A stretch of DNA of 64,000 nucleotides from Eledone cirrhosa (Eukaryota): positions 339,822,001 to 339,886,000 of the forward strand of contig OZ024743.1 in NCBI GenBank assembly GCA_964016885.1, written 5' to 3'. The notes below the pieces were generated by a model. It ran no database searches. It worked only from the letters and a program-made list of their open reading frames with translations, and had not been told where the DNA came from. A program made the position numbers and the translations under genes. Numbering within the stretch: position 1 is the first letter of the stretch; each line of letters starts with the position of its first letter. Shown here in pieces: positions 1 through 12,152 of the stretch.

Positions 1-186
1 TTGTACAGTGTGTATTTATTTGTCATCTACAAGTTTTTAAGTCACAAAAAAAAAGTATTTCCCAAATATTTTAGTGAAATGAGTTCTCTCAAACAAGAGT
101 ACATATGAATTCAAAGAGGACGATTGCAACCTATATGAATGTTTTCCAATAGGCAAACATTAAGTATAAATTTATAATAGTATTTT

Positions 187-1425
187 TCACATTTCACAAG
201 TCTGAATATGTTTGTGTCTTTTTAAGTGGCTGTTAGTGAGAAAAGACTTTCCACATATTTCACAGTGATATGGTTTTTCTCCAGTGTGTCTTCGTTTGTG
301 AACTACAAGATTAGAATTATCAGAGAATGATCTCCCACATATTTCACAATGAAAAGGTCTTTGCCCACTGTGTATTATTTTGTGCCGAGTTAAATTACTT
401 TTATCAATAAATGATTTCCCACATATTTCACAATGGAAGGGTTTTTCTCCAGTATGACTACGTTTGTGAACTTTAAGATGTGAATTAACAGAGAACGACT
501 TTCCGCATATTTCACAATGAAATGGGTTTTTTCCAGTGTGTATTATTCTATGTCTTTTTAAGAGACTATTGGTGATAAATGATTTTCCACATGTCCCACA
601 GTGGAAAGGCTTTTCTCCAGTGTGTATTCTTTTGTGTTTTGTTAAATAACTATTATCAACAAAATATTTACCACACATTTCACAGTGGTACGGTTTTTCT
701 CCAGTGTGACTACGTATGTGTATAACAAGATTTGAATTTTTAAAGAAAGATTTCCCACACACTTCACAGTGGAAGAGTTTTTCTCCAGTGTGTATCCTTT
801 TGTGACTTGTTAAATTATTGTTAGAGACAAAGGATTTCCCACATATTTCGCAAAGAGAGGGTTTTTCTCCAGTGTGTATTCTTTTGTGTGTCGTTAAAAT
901 AATGTTTGAAACAAAAGATTTCCCACATATTTCACAGTGGAAGGGTTTTTCTCCTGTGTGACTACGCATGTGGATAAGAAGAAGAGAATTAACAGAGAAT
1001 GATTTCCCACAAATATCACAATGAAACGGGTTTTCTCCAGTGTGTATTCGTTTATGTCTTGTTAATTTACTGTTGGAGATAAAATATTTTGCACATATCT
1101 CACAATGATAAGGTTTTTCTACCGTGTGTGTTCTTTTGTGTCTTGTTAAGTTACTATTATTAACAAAATATTTCCCACATATTTCACAGTGGTAGGGTTT
1201 TCTCCTTTTGTGTATTTCTTTATGCGTGAAGACTTCGTCTTCTGAAGTGAAAGTTTTCTTACAAGTTTCACAGTGATATCCAGTAACATTTGTTTGTAAT
1301 GATCTTCGTTTAGTAAATGCTTCATGAGGTAAAAGAGATTCTTGACCACTGTATGTCCTTGTAACTGTCTCTATATTGGTAAAAACATTTGTGTTGGAAG
1401 TGTCCAAATAATTAACCTTCTCCAT
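187..1425 (-). CDS. Tandem C2H2 zinc-finger protein, 412 aa (12 canonical fingers plus 1 degenerate terminal finger), single coding exon
   Basis: Intact ORF of repeated CxxC-x12-HxxxH units with TGEKP-type linkers. No KRAB/SCAN/BTB-like domain is visible in the ~49-aa N-terminus. A polypyrimidine-AG acceptor on the minus strand near 1685 suggests a 5' non-coding exon upstream. Confidence 0.93.
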   Translation of the reverse strand: MEKVNYLDTSNTNVFTNIETVTRTYSGQESLLPHEAFTKRRSLQTNVTGYHCETCKKTFTSEDEVFTHKEIHKRRKPYHCEICGKYFVNNSNLTRHKRTHTVEKPYHCEICAKYFISNSKLTRHKRIHTGENPFHCDICGKSFSVNSLLLIHMRSHTGEKPFHCEICGKSFVSNIILTTHKRIHTGEKPSLCEICGKSFVSNNNLTSHKRIHTGEKLFHCEVCGKSFFKNSNLVIHIRSHTGEKPYHCEMCGKYFVDNSYLTKHKRIHTGEKPFHCGTCGKSFITNSLLKRHRIIHTGKNPFHCEICGKSFSVNSHLKVHKRSHTGEKPFHCEICGKSFIDKSNLTRHKIIHSGQRPFHCEICGRSFSDNSNLVVHKRRHTGEKPYHCEICGKSFLTNSHLKRHKHIQTCEM

Positions 1426-2099
1426 AATAATTCTCGATCAATGTTCTGTATGTACACTCTATTAGGGTTCAGTTTTTTTTGTCTTAGATAAAGTAGGACA
1501 CTCATTACATAATATAATTCGATTAAAGAAAGTTGTAGAGATATCATAGGACACTGTTTACATGATATAATTGGATTAGATATTGTAAAGATGCTAGGTG
1601 GGCGGTGTCATTGCAAGGTTTTCCTTCGTTTGAATGATGCCGGTGATAAAAGTTAAAAGTCACTTCGACTGTATTCAACGCTTGCTAAAAAAAAAAAATC
1701 ATCACCCAACAAAGGTAAAAGTTATAAAGAGCGGTGTAATTAAAAATGAAACCAACAGTAATATGGAGAAGTAAAAATAAAATGGTGTTTTTGAATTGCT
1801 GAAAAAATGTTTCAATTTTAGCATGAGGTTTTTATCCCCATAAGTTAACTGAATGGTTTTTCTTTTAATTTCTAATTCATACGTTTAAGTATTTTAAACT
1901 TAAATTATTTTTACGTAAACATAAAGAGTCTAGTATATTTTGTTTGCATTTGAAAGCATTAGTTGTTTCACTTTCTGCAAATATATATTTTTTAAATTTT
2001 AATTTATTAAAGATGCACAGTTTATTTACAAATGTAAATGCTATAAAAAAAAAAAAAAACTTTCGGAAGGTGTGTTAAAATCCACTCTAAAAGTGAAAC

Positions 2100-2275
2100 T
2101 TCTTCCCGAGAAAGTCGTGGGGGTAGAGTCCTCAAACACACATTCCAGCGATTCCTGTCAGAAGCAACCGCCCCCAACTGGTCCGGCTGGATCCACAAGC
2201 GTGACCAAGCTCATGGATGTTATCCAACCATCTTGCTCAGGGTCTACCCCTGGGTCACCTGCCGATTGGTTTTGC
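2100..2275 (-). mobile_element. RTE-type LINE 3' end fragment
   Basis: Minus strand reads ...GRP*ARWLDNIHELG..., a LINE ORF2 C-terminus. A closely similar sequence lies on the + strand at 62420-62590. Confidence 0.55.
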
Positions 2276-3244
2276 CCGTAAAATCTGTAGTGATTTTTTT
2301 TCCTGAGACATTATAACCACATGTCAATAGTATCGGAGCTGTGATCTCTGAATTCGGAGTGACTCTCTGATCTCCGAGCTACGCACTCCAAAGACCCTTC
2401 GATCATTATCCCAAATTCACGACCATAGGTAATTTAATGGGCATGCAGAAGTTTCTTCGACGATATGTGATACGTAATAGTTATTTTGCTAAATGATGTT
2501 TTGTTTACTTCCAATTGAACGGGCGAATTGAAATGAAGGTGTTTCTAAATGTATTAACTGAAAAGATATCGACGAGGGAGACGCGCTGGAACAGCTATTC
2601 CAACTCGTGGGGCTCGCACTTGCTGGTAGCCAACTCCGCTCGATAGCAGTGAGTAGGGATACCGTCTGGGGTCCAAGGTTGCCGGAAGTCTCCCCAGCCG
2701 CAGGCTCGACCACAAATCGATGAGAGAGCGGTGAATATTTTGATGGTTTGCTCTCTTCGCCTTGGCGGGCAGCAAAGCCTAGGCTGGTAGCCGATCGTGC
2801 CAGGTTGCCGCAACATGTGGAATCTTAGATGAGGGGCTTACCACAGCGGAACGGGAAGATTATCATGCTGTCTGTCCCTTTCCCGTCCGTCTCCTCAGTA
2901 CAGACCGATGGCTCGAGCTGGGAAAGGAAGCCTGCGGCTTTCAGGCGATGCTTTATAAAATTGTGTTAGGTTTTTTAACTTGACACCGGTGTTATTCAAG
3001 GGAAAATTAAGGACACCGCCTAGGTAATATCTTTATAACTTCATCTAATTTAATTAATTATTTCATGTAAACAGAGTTCCATGATATCTAAAGATAAGAA
3101 ACTGAACTACAATAGATTATATTTCATCTAATCTAATTATTTCACGTAAACAGAGCCCCCCCTGATATATGACAAGAAACTGAACCACAATGTTAATCTT
3201 ATAATCATGTAAACAAAGACCCATGCTATCCAAGATACAACATA

Positions 3245-3680
3245 ATGAGGAGCCTAGCCAGCGCCGTCTTCCGTCACAACTGGAGCCAACAGGCCTCGAC
3301 GGAATTACTCTCTTCCCATTCGAGGGAAATAAATCTCTTATCTGGGACGCGACAGGCTGTCACATGTTCTCTGCCTCTAGCCGAATCGCTTAGGCCACAA
3401 ACTCGGGTACCGCAGCTTGCAATGTAGTAGACAGAAAGATAAGCAAAACCGGGACTTGTCCGGCCACTTCCTCTTTGCACCGGTCGCTGTTGAAGACTCA
3501 GGCGTCTTCGGACACCGTACAGCTGACCTCCTCCGTAAAATCGCAATGACAGCAGCCCGTCCGAGGAAAGACCCCGCTAGGTGGGGTGGCTGTTGCAGCA
3601 GGTGTCGCTGGTTATTGTCTACGGCAATACCTTTGTCATTTTGTCAGCGGGATGCAGCCGAAGCACCACACTGACTTAGG
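3245..3680 (+). mobile_element. CRE-clade-like non-LTR retrotransposon fragment (restriction-like endonuclease, REL, domain), degenerate
   Basis: Across frameshifts it reads LEPTGL-DGITLFPFEGNKSLIWDAT ... FLFAPVAVEDSGVFG ... QVSLVIVYGN, matching REL-domain motifs (PDG..WDAT, PxAVExxGxxG, xSLAIxRGN). The GC-rich block at 2570-2945 may belong to the same element. Confidence 0.65.
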
Positions 3681-4149
3681 TGTGGAGTATGTCACGCTCT
3701 CCTCTGTTCTTTCGTTGCTTAATAATTCCTCGCTACTTTTTTTAGTAAATTTATAGAACCCACTCGATTTCAGTGAAGGGAATATTTTCTTCGTATTTTT
3801 TTAAATAGGTTTGATGCCGAATGCTGCATGGCTGGAATGTGAAAATCAGTGTTACGAAAACTGAGACGTCATCTCAAGAAAGCCTGCGCTCTGCATGCTG
3901 GATGTGAATGGAGTTCCACTATGATATTTACTGAAATGCAGAAATTATTTATTTATATTAAAACAAAAATTGATTAGAATAAATCAATATTAAAAACATT
4001 TTTTCATATATCATTAGACAAAAAAATGTTCTATAAATTATTTTTTTTAAACTGAAAAAATTACTTTTTATAAAGGAAGCTGAGTTAACTCCCTTGAAAG
4101 ATAAGTGTGTATGTCTCTCTCTCTTGAATGATAATGCACGTCTTTCGAC

Positions 4150-4415
4150 TGGCGCAAATAAATTGTAAAAATAGTCTCTAAAAATCACCGGAAAGTTTAT
4201 TGTAATTTTTTACTTATAGCAGTTATAAGACATCTCTTATTACTTGGCTCTGCTAATTCTGTCAGTCTTCCTCGGTTAGTTTCTTCTCTACTTCCGGTCA
4301 GCCATAACATGCTGTAATCACCTCTTTGTTGATTTCTCTTTTCTAGACACATGTAAATACTATGGAGTGTCGTCAGATAACGGGAATGTTTAAAGATAAT
4401 ATAGAAGTGAGTGTG
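4150..4415. promoter_or_regulatory. Probable bidirectional promoter and first non-coding exon region between the two ZNF genes
   Basis: ETS-like CCGGAA (about 4188) and CTTCCGGT (about 4291). Donor GAA|GTGAGT near 4408 and acceptor TATTTCAG near 4949 lie upstream of the plus-strand ZNF ORF. Confidence 0.4.
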
Positions 4416-4617
4416 TTGCTGTGTAAGTATGTTTAAGGAGAGAAAGGGAGGAGTGATATGTTAAAGTAAGGAAAGTATCTTACGATGTATTTGGCTGTCA
4501 TGTGTTTCAATGAAGTTAGATTATGAATAAATACGTTATTTAATGTAATAGTTATTAAGAATGTTTACGCCAGTCGACTCTAGTATTGTAGCCACCCTAT
4601 CTTTCTGGACATGTATC

Positions 4618-4785
4618 AGACCTGTCAACTCTCCCCGTCGGACGGGGAGATCTCCAACCCACTCTGTGGTGTGTGAGAGATGTCTTCTCTTGTAAAATGT
4701 CCCTATTTTGCATCATTTCTCCCCGTTTTGGGGCACTTGTTTTTCATGGTACTCCCCGTTTCGGTTTTTAGAGGTTGGCTGGTCT
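4618..4785. mobile_element. hAT-like MITE
   Basis: Imperfect TIRs AGACCTGTCAAC...GTTGGCTGGTCT, 8-bp TSD with one mismatch (CATGTATC / AATGTATC), and internal CTCCCCGT subterminal repeats. Confidence 0.55.
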
Positions 4786-5138
4786 AATGTATCTTAGCTA
4801 ACCGGAATCCCTATACAATCTATCACAATAGTAGGCGATATGTGTTTGTTTTAATTCGCTGAAGTAGATTGGAAATGATTAGTGTTAAACTTTTTATTAT
4901 CAAGGTATTATTAACCCCCCTCGTTAATATCAGTCTTGTTGTATTTCAGGAAATATTTACATTTTGAACAGAGGATTCCTAGAGGAAGATGTCACATTGA
5001 CTTAATACTAAAATATCCACTTCGACAATTATACGACTTCATCCCGTGGAGATAAACAATTTTTTTTTAATTACTGTCGTACCATTGTGAATATTCTGGG
5101 GGATATTGTGACAGTATTCCAGTTTGTTGGGGGATAAA

Positions 5139-5669
5139 ATGATGCATACTGGAGATAAACTATACTGCTGTGATGTTTGTGATAAAAGATTCTCTAATAA
5201 CAGTAACTTAAGGAGACATATACGGACTCATACTGGAGAGAAACCATACCACTGTGACTTTTGTGGTAAAGAATTTTCATCTAATTTTAATTTAAAGAAG
5301 CATAAAACTGTTCACACTGGAGATAGACCATATCAGTGTGAAATTTGTGGTAAAGGATATTCATGTAATGTACACTTAAAAAGACATGAGCTGGTCCACA
5401 CAGGGGAAAGACCTTATTACTGTGATATTTGTGGTAAAACATTTGCAAGTAGTAGTGACATAACGAGACATAGAATAGTTCATACAGGAGAGAAACTATT
5501 CCAATGTGAAATTTGTGGTAAAACATTCTCATATAATGGTGACTTGAAGCAACATAAAATGATACACACAGGAGAGAGACCATATCGCTGTGATACATGT
5601 GGTAAAGCGTTTTCTAGAAGGTATGGTGTAACTAGGCATAAAATAGTTCACATTAAAGAAAATTCATAG
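5139..5669 (+). CDS. C2H2 zinc-finger protein with 6 fingers (first in-frame ATG at 5139)
   Basis: Six canonical CxxC-x12-HxxxH fingers with TGEKP/TGERP linkers and a TAG stop at 5667-5669. A frameshifted relic finger lies immediately upstream. Confidence 0.85.
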   Translation: MMHTGDKLYCCDVCDKRFSNNSNLRRHIRTHTGEKPYHCDFCGKEFSSNFNLKKHKTVHTGDRPYQCEICGKGYSCNVHLKRHELVHTGERPYYCDICGKTFASSSDITRHRIVHTGEKLFQCEICGKTFSYNGDLKQHKMIHTGERPYRCDTCGKAFSRRYGVTRHKIVHIKENS

Positions 5670-5939
5670 CAATGGACTTTTGTGATTATAGATATCCATT
5701 AAAATGAGATTTGTGAAGTCTCTTGATGGCATACCTACAACCAGGAATTGAACAGCAGGCTGTAAATTTAATTTAATGAGCAGCCATAATCTTATGAGAA
5801 ATGTGTTTCTCTGAATATGTTGAGGTTGTTCATAATATGGTTCTTACAAGAGAAAAACTACACCATTATGAAATCTTTATTTCTGAAGAAAATAATGGTT
5901 TAAGTAGACATCTTTTTGATAAGTTATTCAAGGAAGTTG

Positions 5940-6270
5940 GAGCTGTGTCATTACCTTTCAAGTGCTTCATTCCTTGACAAGTGAGATTGATGTCTATGAC
6001 TTGTACAGATTCTCACTTCCAGACTTGTGAGAGTGATATGGTTGATGTCTATGACCTTTCAAGTCCCTCATTCTCTGACTGGTGAGATTGATGTCTATGA
6101 CGTTTCAAGCCCCTCATTTCCAAGCCAGTGAGATTGATGTGGTCACTGCCTATGACTTGTTCAGATACTCACTTCCCAACTTGCAAGAGTGATGTGGTTG
6201 ATGTTCATGGCCTTTCAAGCTCCTCACTTCTAAACTGATAAGATTTATGTTGATTTCCAGCCTGAACATC
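5940..6270 (+). repeat. Degenerate tandem repeat (~40-bp units) in the putative 3' UTR of the plus-strand ZNF
   Basis: Recurring GTGAGATTGATGTCTATGAC..TTTCAAG..CCTCA(T/C)TTCC motif, about 7 copies. Confidence 0.6.
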
Positions 6271-8009
6271 TGCAAGAAAATGTTTTTGTGCAGGGGTTGG
6301 GTGTTTTATCCGAATGTAATTCAAGGAAATCTGTCATGGTGGTAGTGTTAAATCTACTAGAATTTTAGGTCTACAACCTGTATGAGTAATTTACACAGAA
6401 AGTGATTTACACTGAAAAGTTATCATAGCAAAGCACCTTTATTTTACACTGTACCATATGTTTTGAATTGAGGTTTTGTAGGTTCAGTAAATAATTTGCA
6501 TGCTGGTTTTTCATGTATTTTCCTGAAAAATATGACAATGCAGACACATGTTTATGTGCGTATGTATGTATAACTGGTGCCACAATAAAATGCACCGAGT
6601 ACACTCTGTAAAGTGGTAGCGATCAAAAAGACTGTGTAGGGCTGAGAGGACCCCTTTTAATCCTGCCAAGGACATAACTACCTCTCTAATGCTAGTGACA
6701 CAATAAAATTTAAGAAAACATTTCCTGAAGATATTTATTTGATTAGATATAAGGTGATCCCAATAAGTACATCATTATCCTGAGGTGTTGTTTTCCCCAG
6801 AAATACACATGTTGACAACTTATCTGAGAGAGGAGTCACCGAGGAAATGCTGTTAAGTGCGTCACCTCAGGATATTATGTTAAACAGTTAAGGATATGAA
6901 AGTCATCCAGCTATAACAGTTGCTTCAAATATGGGAAAATCTTAACTTTGTAGATTCTACATTAAATATCAAAAATGAACATAAAGAGATTTAATTCTTA
7001 ATGTCCTGTAATTTTACATTAAAAATTAAAGTCATTATTCTAATACTGTAAATTTTGACAACGATCTGTTCGCTAGCAAATATACCATAAATATTTGTAC
7101 TAACAAGTTCCTTTTTAACTATTTTCATCTACGTCATTCTCAGATGCTAGGGGTATTACAAGAAAACGATAATAACTGATATTTCTTGAAGGACTAATCT
7201 TTTAATCTGATATAAGTTGTTACATATTAAGGGAAAACATTTACTTCCGAAATTGTGAAAATCTGAACATTGCTCAAAGATGTAATGACATTACACATCA
7301 TATAAGATTACAATTAAATCATTACAGCTCGTAACATGAGCAATGATAGTGTGTGTATAGTAGCAAAATAGAGTATATATTTTGTTATCCTTTTACAGAG
7401 TGCAGTCCTTTGTCATAATTTTAAGGGTCTTAGTCAGCCATGTTGATTTAAACTGGTACTTAATATACTATATTAAATTGCAAAGTTATGCGTTGGCGTA
7501 AAGGGAAGCAACTCTAGTAAACATAAACAGATACGGCTTTTGACATACATATATTCATTCGTATGTAAACTGCACTTCCATTTTTTGATGTACCATATAT
7601 TTTGGATTGAGTTTTTTTAGAGTTCCAGTAGATAATCCCTATACTGATTTTCCACTTATTTTCCCAGAAAAAAACGCCAACTATACGCATTGTATATATA
7701 TATATATTGTGTATTGTTGGTGCCACAATAAAATACACCCTGTCCACTCCGTAAAATGGCAGTGCTGGTGTCACAATAAAATGTATCCAATCCATTCTAA
7801 GTGTTTGTACTGGTGGCATAATAAAAAGCACCGAGTACACGCTGTAAAGTGGTTGGTTTTAGAAAGAGCATTCAACTGAAGAATCCTAGCCAAACTCCAG
7901 ACGTATGAGTAAGACTAAGTTCAACCTATGCTAGCGTAGAAAGCAAACATAAAAATTTATATCTTCAATCATAAATGACAATGGGTTTTGCACCTAGAAA
8001 GTTCCCTCC

Positions 8010-8268
8010 AAATCACAAGCCTGGTTGAGGTGTTTTTATGGAAGACCAGCAGTTGCCCATGCATATGAGTCTCCCTTCTCTACACCAGCGGTATTATCCA
8101 AAGGAAAGGCAAAAAACAATACAGCTTGGCACCCATTTTGCATTTCATTTTTCCAGCTGAGTGAACTGGAGTAACACGAGAATTGAGTGTCTTGTTCAAT
8201 GACACAATGCACTGCCCAGTCCAGGAATTGAACTGCCAACCTCACGATTGTGAGCCCAATGCCACACA
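8010..8268 (-). mobile_element. tRNA-derived CORE-type SINE
   Basis: Reverse complement has a tRNA-like head (GTTCAATTCC B-box-like) followed by TGTCATTGAACAAGACACT, a CORE-like segment. Related copies lie at about 19520, 36340-36660, 39880, 40856, 44658 and 57447. Confidence 0.6.
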
Positions 8269-9277
8269 CCTATATAATTATATATATGTGCACACAAAAC
8301 GGGATTTTGTAGTCTCTATGAAGTTCCTCTCACAATCTCAGCTATTAAATATTTCACATACATTCTTGCTTGCTTCTCTTTAGGAAACACTTTATTTACA
8401 AGAAAAATTGAATTCGTAAGTTTGTTGCAAGTATCATTTGGGCTAATGTGGGATCTGCTACACAGACGCTTGACCCACAAGATAAAACAGTTAAATCTCC
8501 CTCAAATAACATTTTAGCCTCTTTTAAAAAATGGTAGGGCATATGAGATAACATAATGGGACAACCTGTTTAACCCATATGAGCATGGAAAATGGACATT
8601 AAAAGATGATGGTATTGAAGAAATCTTGTAGAAACTGCATGAGGCAACAACTGGCCTTCTCTTCACCATTTCTGATTGTCGGTTGCACATCAATTTGGGA
8701 AAATAACTGAAAACGTTTCACATCACATCACTGCTACATCACTCCAGTTAGACATGATCATCACTTCTGAGGTGACAAAACAACTGATGGATCATACAGT
8801 AGATTGGGAAGGACATATTGAAGAACCCAGTGAGAGAAAATATGCAAATAACAGGAACTGGAGAAGTGCCAAGTCTGAGACTGGAAGAAGCATGTAGAAT
8901 TGAACTGTAGAGCCTTGGCAGGATGCTCACTCTACTAAGACCTCAAGTTGCACTTCACATACATTTAGGCACTTTATTACCAAAACCAACACCAATGAAT
9001 TTTCATTAGCCACAGATTTATCTCTAACTCACCAGTTGTTTATGAAAGGATACATTTATGTAGAGAAAAATAACTCCCTATCAAAGTCTTAAATCATTTT
9101 GGTCTAAGATATGAAATAAACAAAGATCTAAATATGTATCTACAGAAACAGTACAGAATTTAATCAAAGCTGTGAGAGACCACTCATAGAGAAATATGTA
9201 ACTAATGGGTTTATAAATTTAAATGGCAGTAACAGCAAACTGGAAGTGCTAAGTGGAATTATTGGTTTCTGATTCAG

Positions 9278-9478
9278 ACACAGGGCCAAATTATTTTTTT
9301 TAGGAGGCGGGGTCGATTAAATTGACACCGGTGAATTACTGGTATTTTATTTTATCGACTCTGTAGGGATGAAAGGCAAAGCTAACGTCTGCAGGATTTG
9401 AACTCAGATGATAAAGAGGTGTAACCCTTTGCTACAAAGCATGTCCAACGCTCTACCAATACTGCTAATCCACCACTA
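9278..9478 (-). mobile_element. tRNA-derived SINE with Deu/Nin-type central domain
   Basis: Reverse complement contains CTGAGTTCAAATCC (B box) then TTTGCCTTTCATCC..GTCGATAAAATAA..ACCAG. Same family at 10390-10560, 12838-13050, 53555-53772, 55785-56000 and 56030-56222. Confidence 0.65.
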
Positions 9479-10599
9479 AGTGGAATTATTACTAGTACTT
9501 AAAGTGGGAGAAATGACTAAATAAGATATGTCTACATATATGAATGTGTGTGTTTACAAATGCATTTCTCATGGCTTCAGTTAAATCCTGTATTGTTTCT
9601 GTACAGATCTGAATTTATCATATACTTCAGCTGCTTAATGCACAATTTAATATAAAGATTTCAATCACAATTTATTATGGTAAATACTATAAGAGTTGAA
9701 TACTGTATCAATAGTAAAACATACACCAGAAACTTTCATTAAATTTATGGGAAAGATGTATAATGGAAAAACACTGAGAAGAACCTCAATAGTTGGATAT
9801 TGGTTAAGAACATTTAATAGGTATAGACATGGCTGTGTAGTTAAGGATTTGTTTTGAAATCACTAAGTGATTATATGTTTGAATTGTCCACAACAAGAAA
9901 CACTAATGTAACAGATAATTTCTTTGGAGTGCTAATTATTATCCTAAATGACACAAGCCTCAAGTGAAAACGAAAGTAAGGTAAGACAAACAAAACAATA
10001 GTTTACATATATACAATATATTTCATTTTCACGCCTTTATTTCTAAATTACTTGGTGCCAGCTTTCCCAAAACAATTCTGACTATATATGCTTCATATAA
10101 ACTATACTAAATTGTTCGCTAATTGAATGTTGAACTAAGATTATGTCACCATCACCTGACATGATGTCTGACTTCTTGCCAGGCCATACTGTGGTACCAT
10201 TCTGTAACGAAAAACGACCCCCACAACAAAAAAAAACACTCCCTTCTCAAACGAAAAACGATCCCCCTCTCCAACAAAAAGCAAACCCCCTTTCCCTAAC
10301 GAATAACGGACCTGAACCCGAACATAGCCACCCAACATGCCAGAAATAGCAGCCAAATATTTCCCTCTTGCCACATTTTAAAATAATTGTTTCTACTTTT
10401 GGCACAAGGCCAGCAATTATCCAAGTGCATTACTGGTGCTTTATTTTATCGACCCTGTAAGGATGAAAGGTAAAGCTAACTTCGACGGGATTTGAATTCG
10501 GACCGTAAAGGACCGTAACTATCCTTATTCAGTACCATCCGAACCTCTACCGATACTGAATAAGGACGAGTGCATTCAACGATGTAGGCTTAGGTACTC

Positions 10600-10710
10600 T
10601 TGCCAGCTACATAGCATCTACCGACTACATAGATATTTACTGGCTACATAGCCTCATGTTGGCTACATAATCTCTTACCGACTACATTGTCCCCTAACCT
10701 GCTACAAATA
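10600..10710 (+). repeat. Degenerate minisatellite with GCTACATA core (~20-bp period, about 6 units)
   Basis: (G/A)CTACATA recurs with variable intervening bases. It is bracketed by two copies of the AATAGCAGCCAAATATTTCCCTC...TGCATTCAACGATGT dispersed repeat. Confidence 0.55.
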
Positions 10711-10784
10711 GCAGCCAAATATTTCCCTCTCTCCTCGTTTTAAAATAATGGCGAGCGCATTCAACGATGTTGTCTTAGATATAA

Positions 10785-11625
10785 TAATATAATAATAATG
10801 AAAATATTGTGTACAGTGCTCAGGTGCACTACAACTCATCAAAAGTGTATGTATAGTACATAGGGCAATGTACAAAGGTCAGGAAAATGAACAGTGCATG
10901 AGTCATGATATACACATGTGTGCATGTGTATGAAAAGGGGACATCAGGTGTAGTTTTGGCGAATTTCGGGAAGCATGAGGGTTTTAAAGGATGCAGTGTC
11001 TCGGCAGCTAACAACTGACGCAGGTAGTTTGTTCCATGCTTCCAAACGTCATGGGGCTGTGCTGTTTTCTGACTTTGTAGGCATGTCCACGAGTGTTAGA
11101 CACATGGAGATCAAAAAGGTGCTCAGGGTTGTTGTTGGTGAGATGGTTAATAACTTTGTGGGTGTTTACCAAGTCCATTGCCTGACGTCGGAGCTTCAAT
11201 GAATCCATGCCCAGGGAAGCAAGGCGTTCAGAGTATGGTAGGTATCTGATGGAGGGTATGCGCTTGGTTGCACGTCTCTGGACAGTTTCCAGGCGGTCAA
11301 TGTTCTGAGCAAGATAGGGGTTCCAGACTGATGATGCAAATTCCAAGTGTGGTCGTACCATAGCTGTATACAGCTTTAAATAGATGGCTGGAGAGTGGCT
11401 AACAAAGGTCTTGCTAAGTGATGCCAAGACACCCTCGGCCTTCTTGACAGTAATGCCCAGGTCACATTCACAAGAGGACTTCTTGATATCAGTGTTGTGG
11501 AGGGAGTATGTGGACGCTGGATTTTTCCTCCCAAAATGCATGGTGCTACACTTGTCCACAGCCAGATTCAGTTGCCAGTCTGTGATCCATTGCTGCATTG
11601 TGTCCAGGTCTGATTGTAGCAAAGA
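10785..11625 (-). mobile_element. CR1-type LINE 3' fragment with (AAT/TTA)n tail
   Basis: ORF 11008-11682 has LQSDLD..WQL.LAVDKC, LYTAMVRPHLEFASSVWNP and RLETVQRRATK, the RT C-terminal/thumb region of CR1/L2/jockey-group LINEs. Confidence 0.85.
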
Positions 11626-11740
11626 GTTATAGATTTCAGGAATGTGTGTGTATGTAAAAGGTAAACAGAAATAACAACACAATCAGTACAGTATATGGAA
11701 GGGATATATTAGGTTAACACTTGATATAGCAAGAATAGGG

Positions 11741-11776
11741 TTTTAACGTTTCGGACGCTAGTCTTTCATCAGAAGA
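11741..11776 (-). ncRNA. Degenerate minimal (Penelope-type) hammerhead ribozyme motif
   Basis: Minus strand: CTGATGA-A-AGAC-TAGC-GTCC-GAAACGTT. The core is present, stem II has one mismatch, stem III is palindromic (AACGTT) and stem I is weak. Confidence 0.35.
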
Positions 11777-11871
11777 AAGAATGAGAAATAAGATAGATTG
11801 AGGGGACGGGCAGGGTGGAATTGGAAAAAATGTTTTTAGATAAAAATAACAGGTCCAACACACACAAACAT

Positions 11872-12152
11872 ATACAGGGTGTCCCAAAAATATAGATACA
11901 TACTTTGATTAGAATGCTGTTGAAGTGTATATATAGGTCAAGGAAACAACAAAACAGATACAAAAAGTCTTATTAGTTTCATGCTTTATATGGAAAAGGG
12001 GGAAAAAAGTTTGATATTGTATGAGCAAGACATGGTCATCCAACCTAAACGACACTATACAGAGTATAGCTGCTAACGATTGGAAGTTGGGTTATTAATT
12101 AAACAATTCCTTTTAATTATGAGTTTTTTCATTTATTTCAAAGCTGTCTCTT
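11872..12152 (+). mobile_element. Tc1/mariner-like terminal fragment, copy 1
   Basis: Begins TA-CAGGGTGTCCC. About 280 bp is repeated directly, with high similarity, at 13086-13370. Confidence 0.55.

Noticed and set aside
10600-10710. CRISPR-like repeat/spacer look of the GCTACATA array (also 32395 and 57895 arrays)
   Set aside because: The core is too short, the spacers are related to each other, the context is eukaryotic and there are no cas genes. These are minisatellites.
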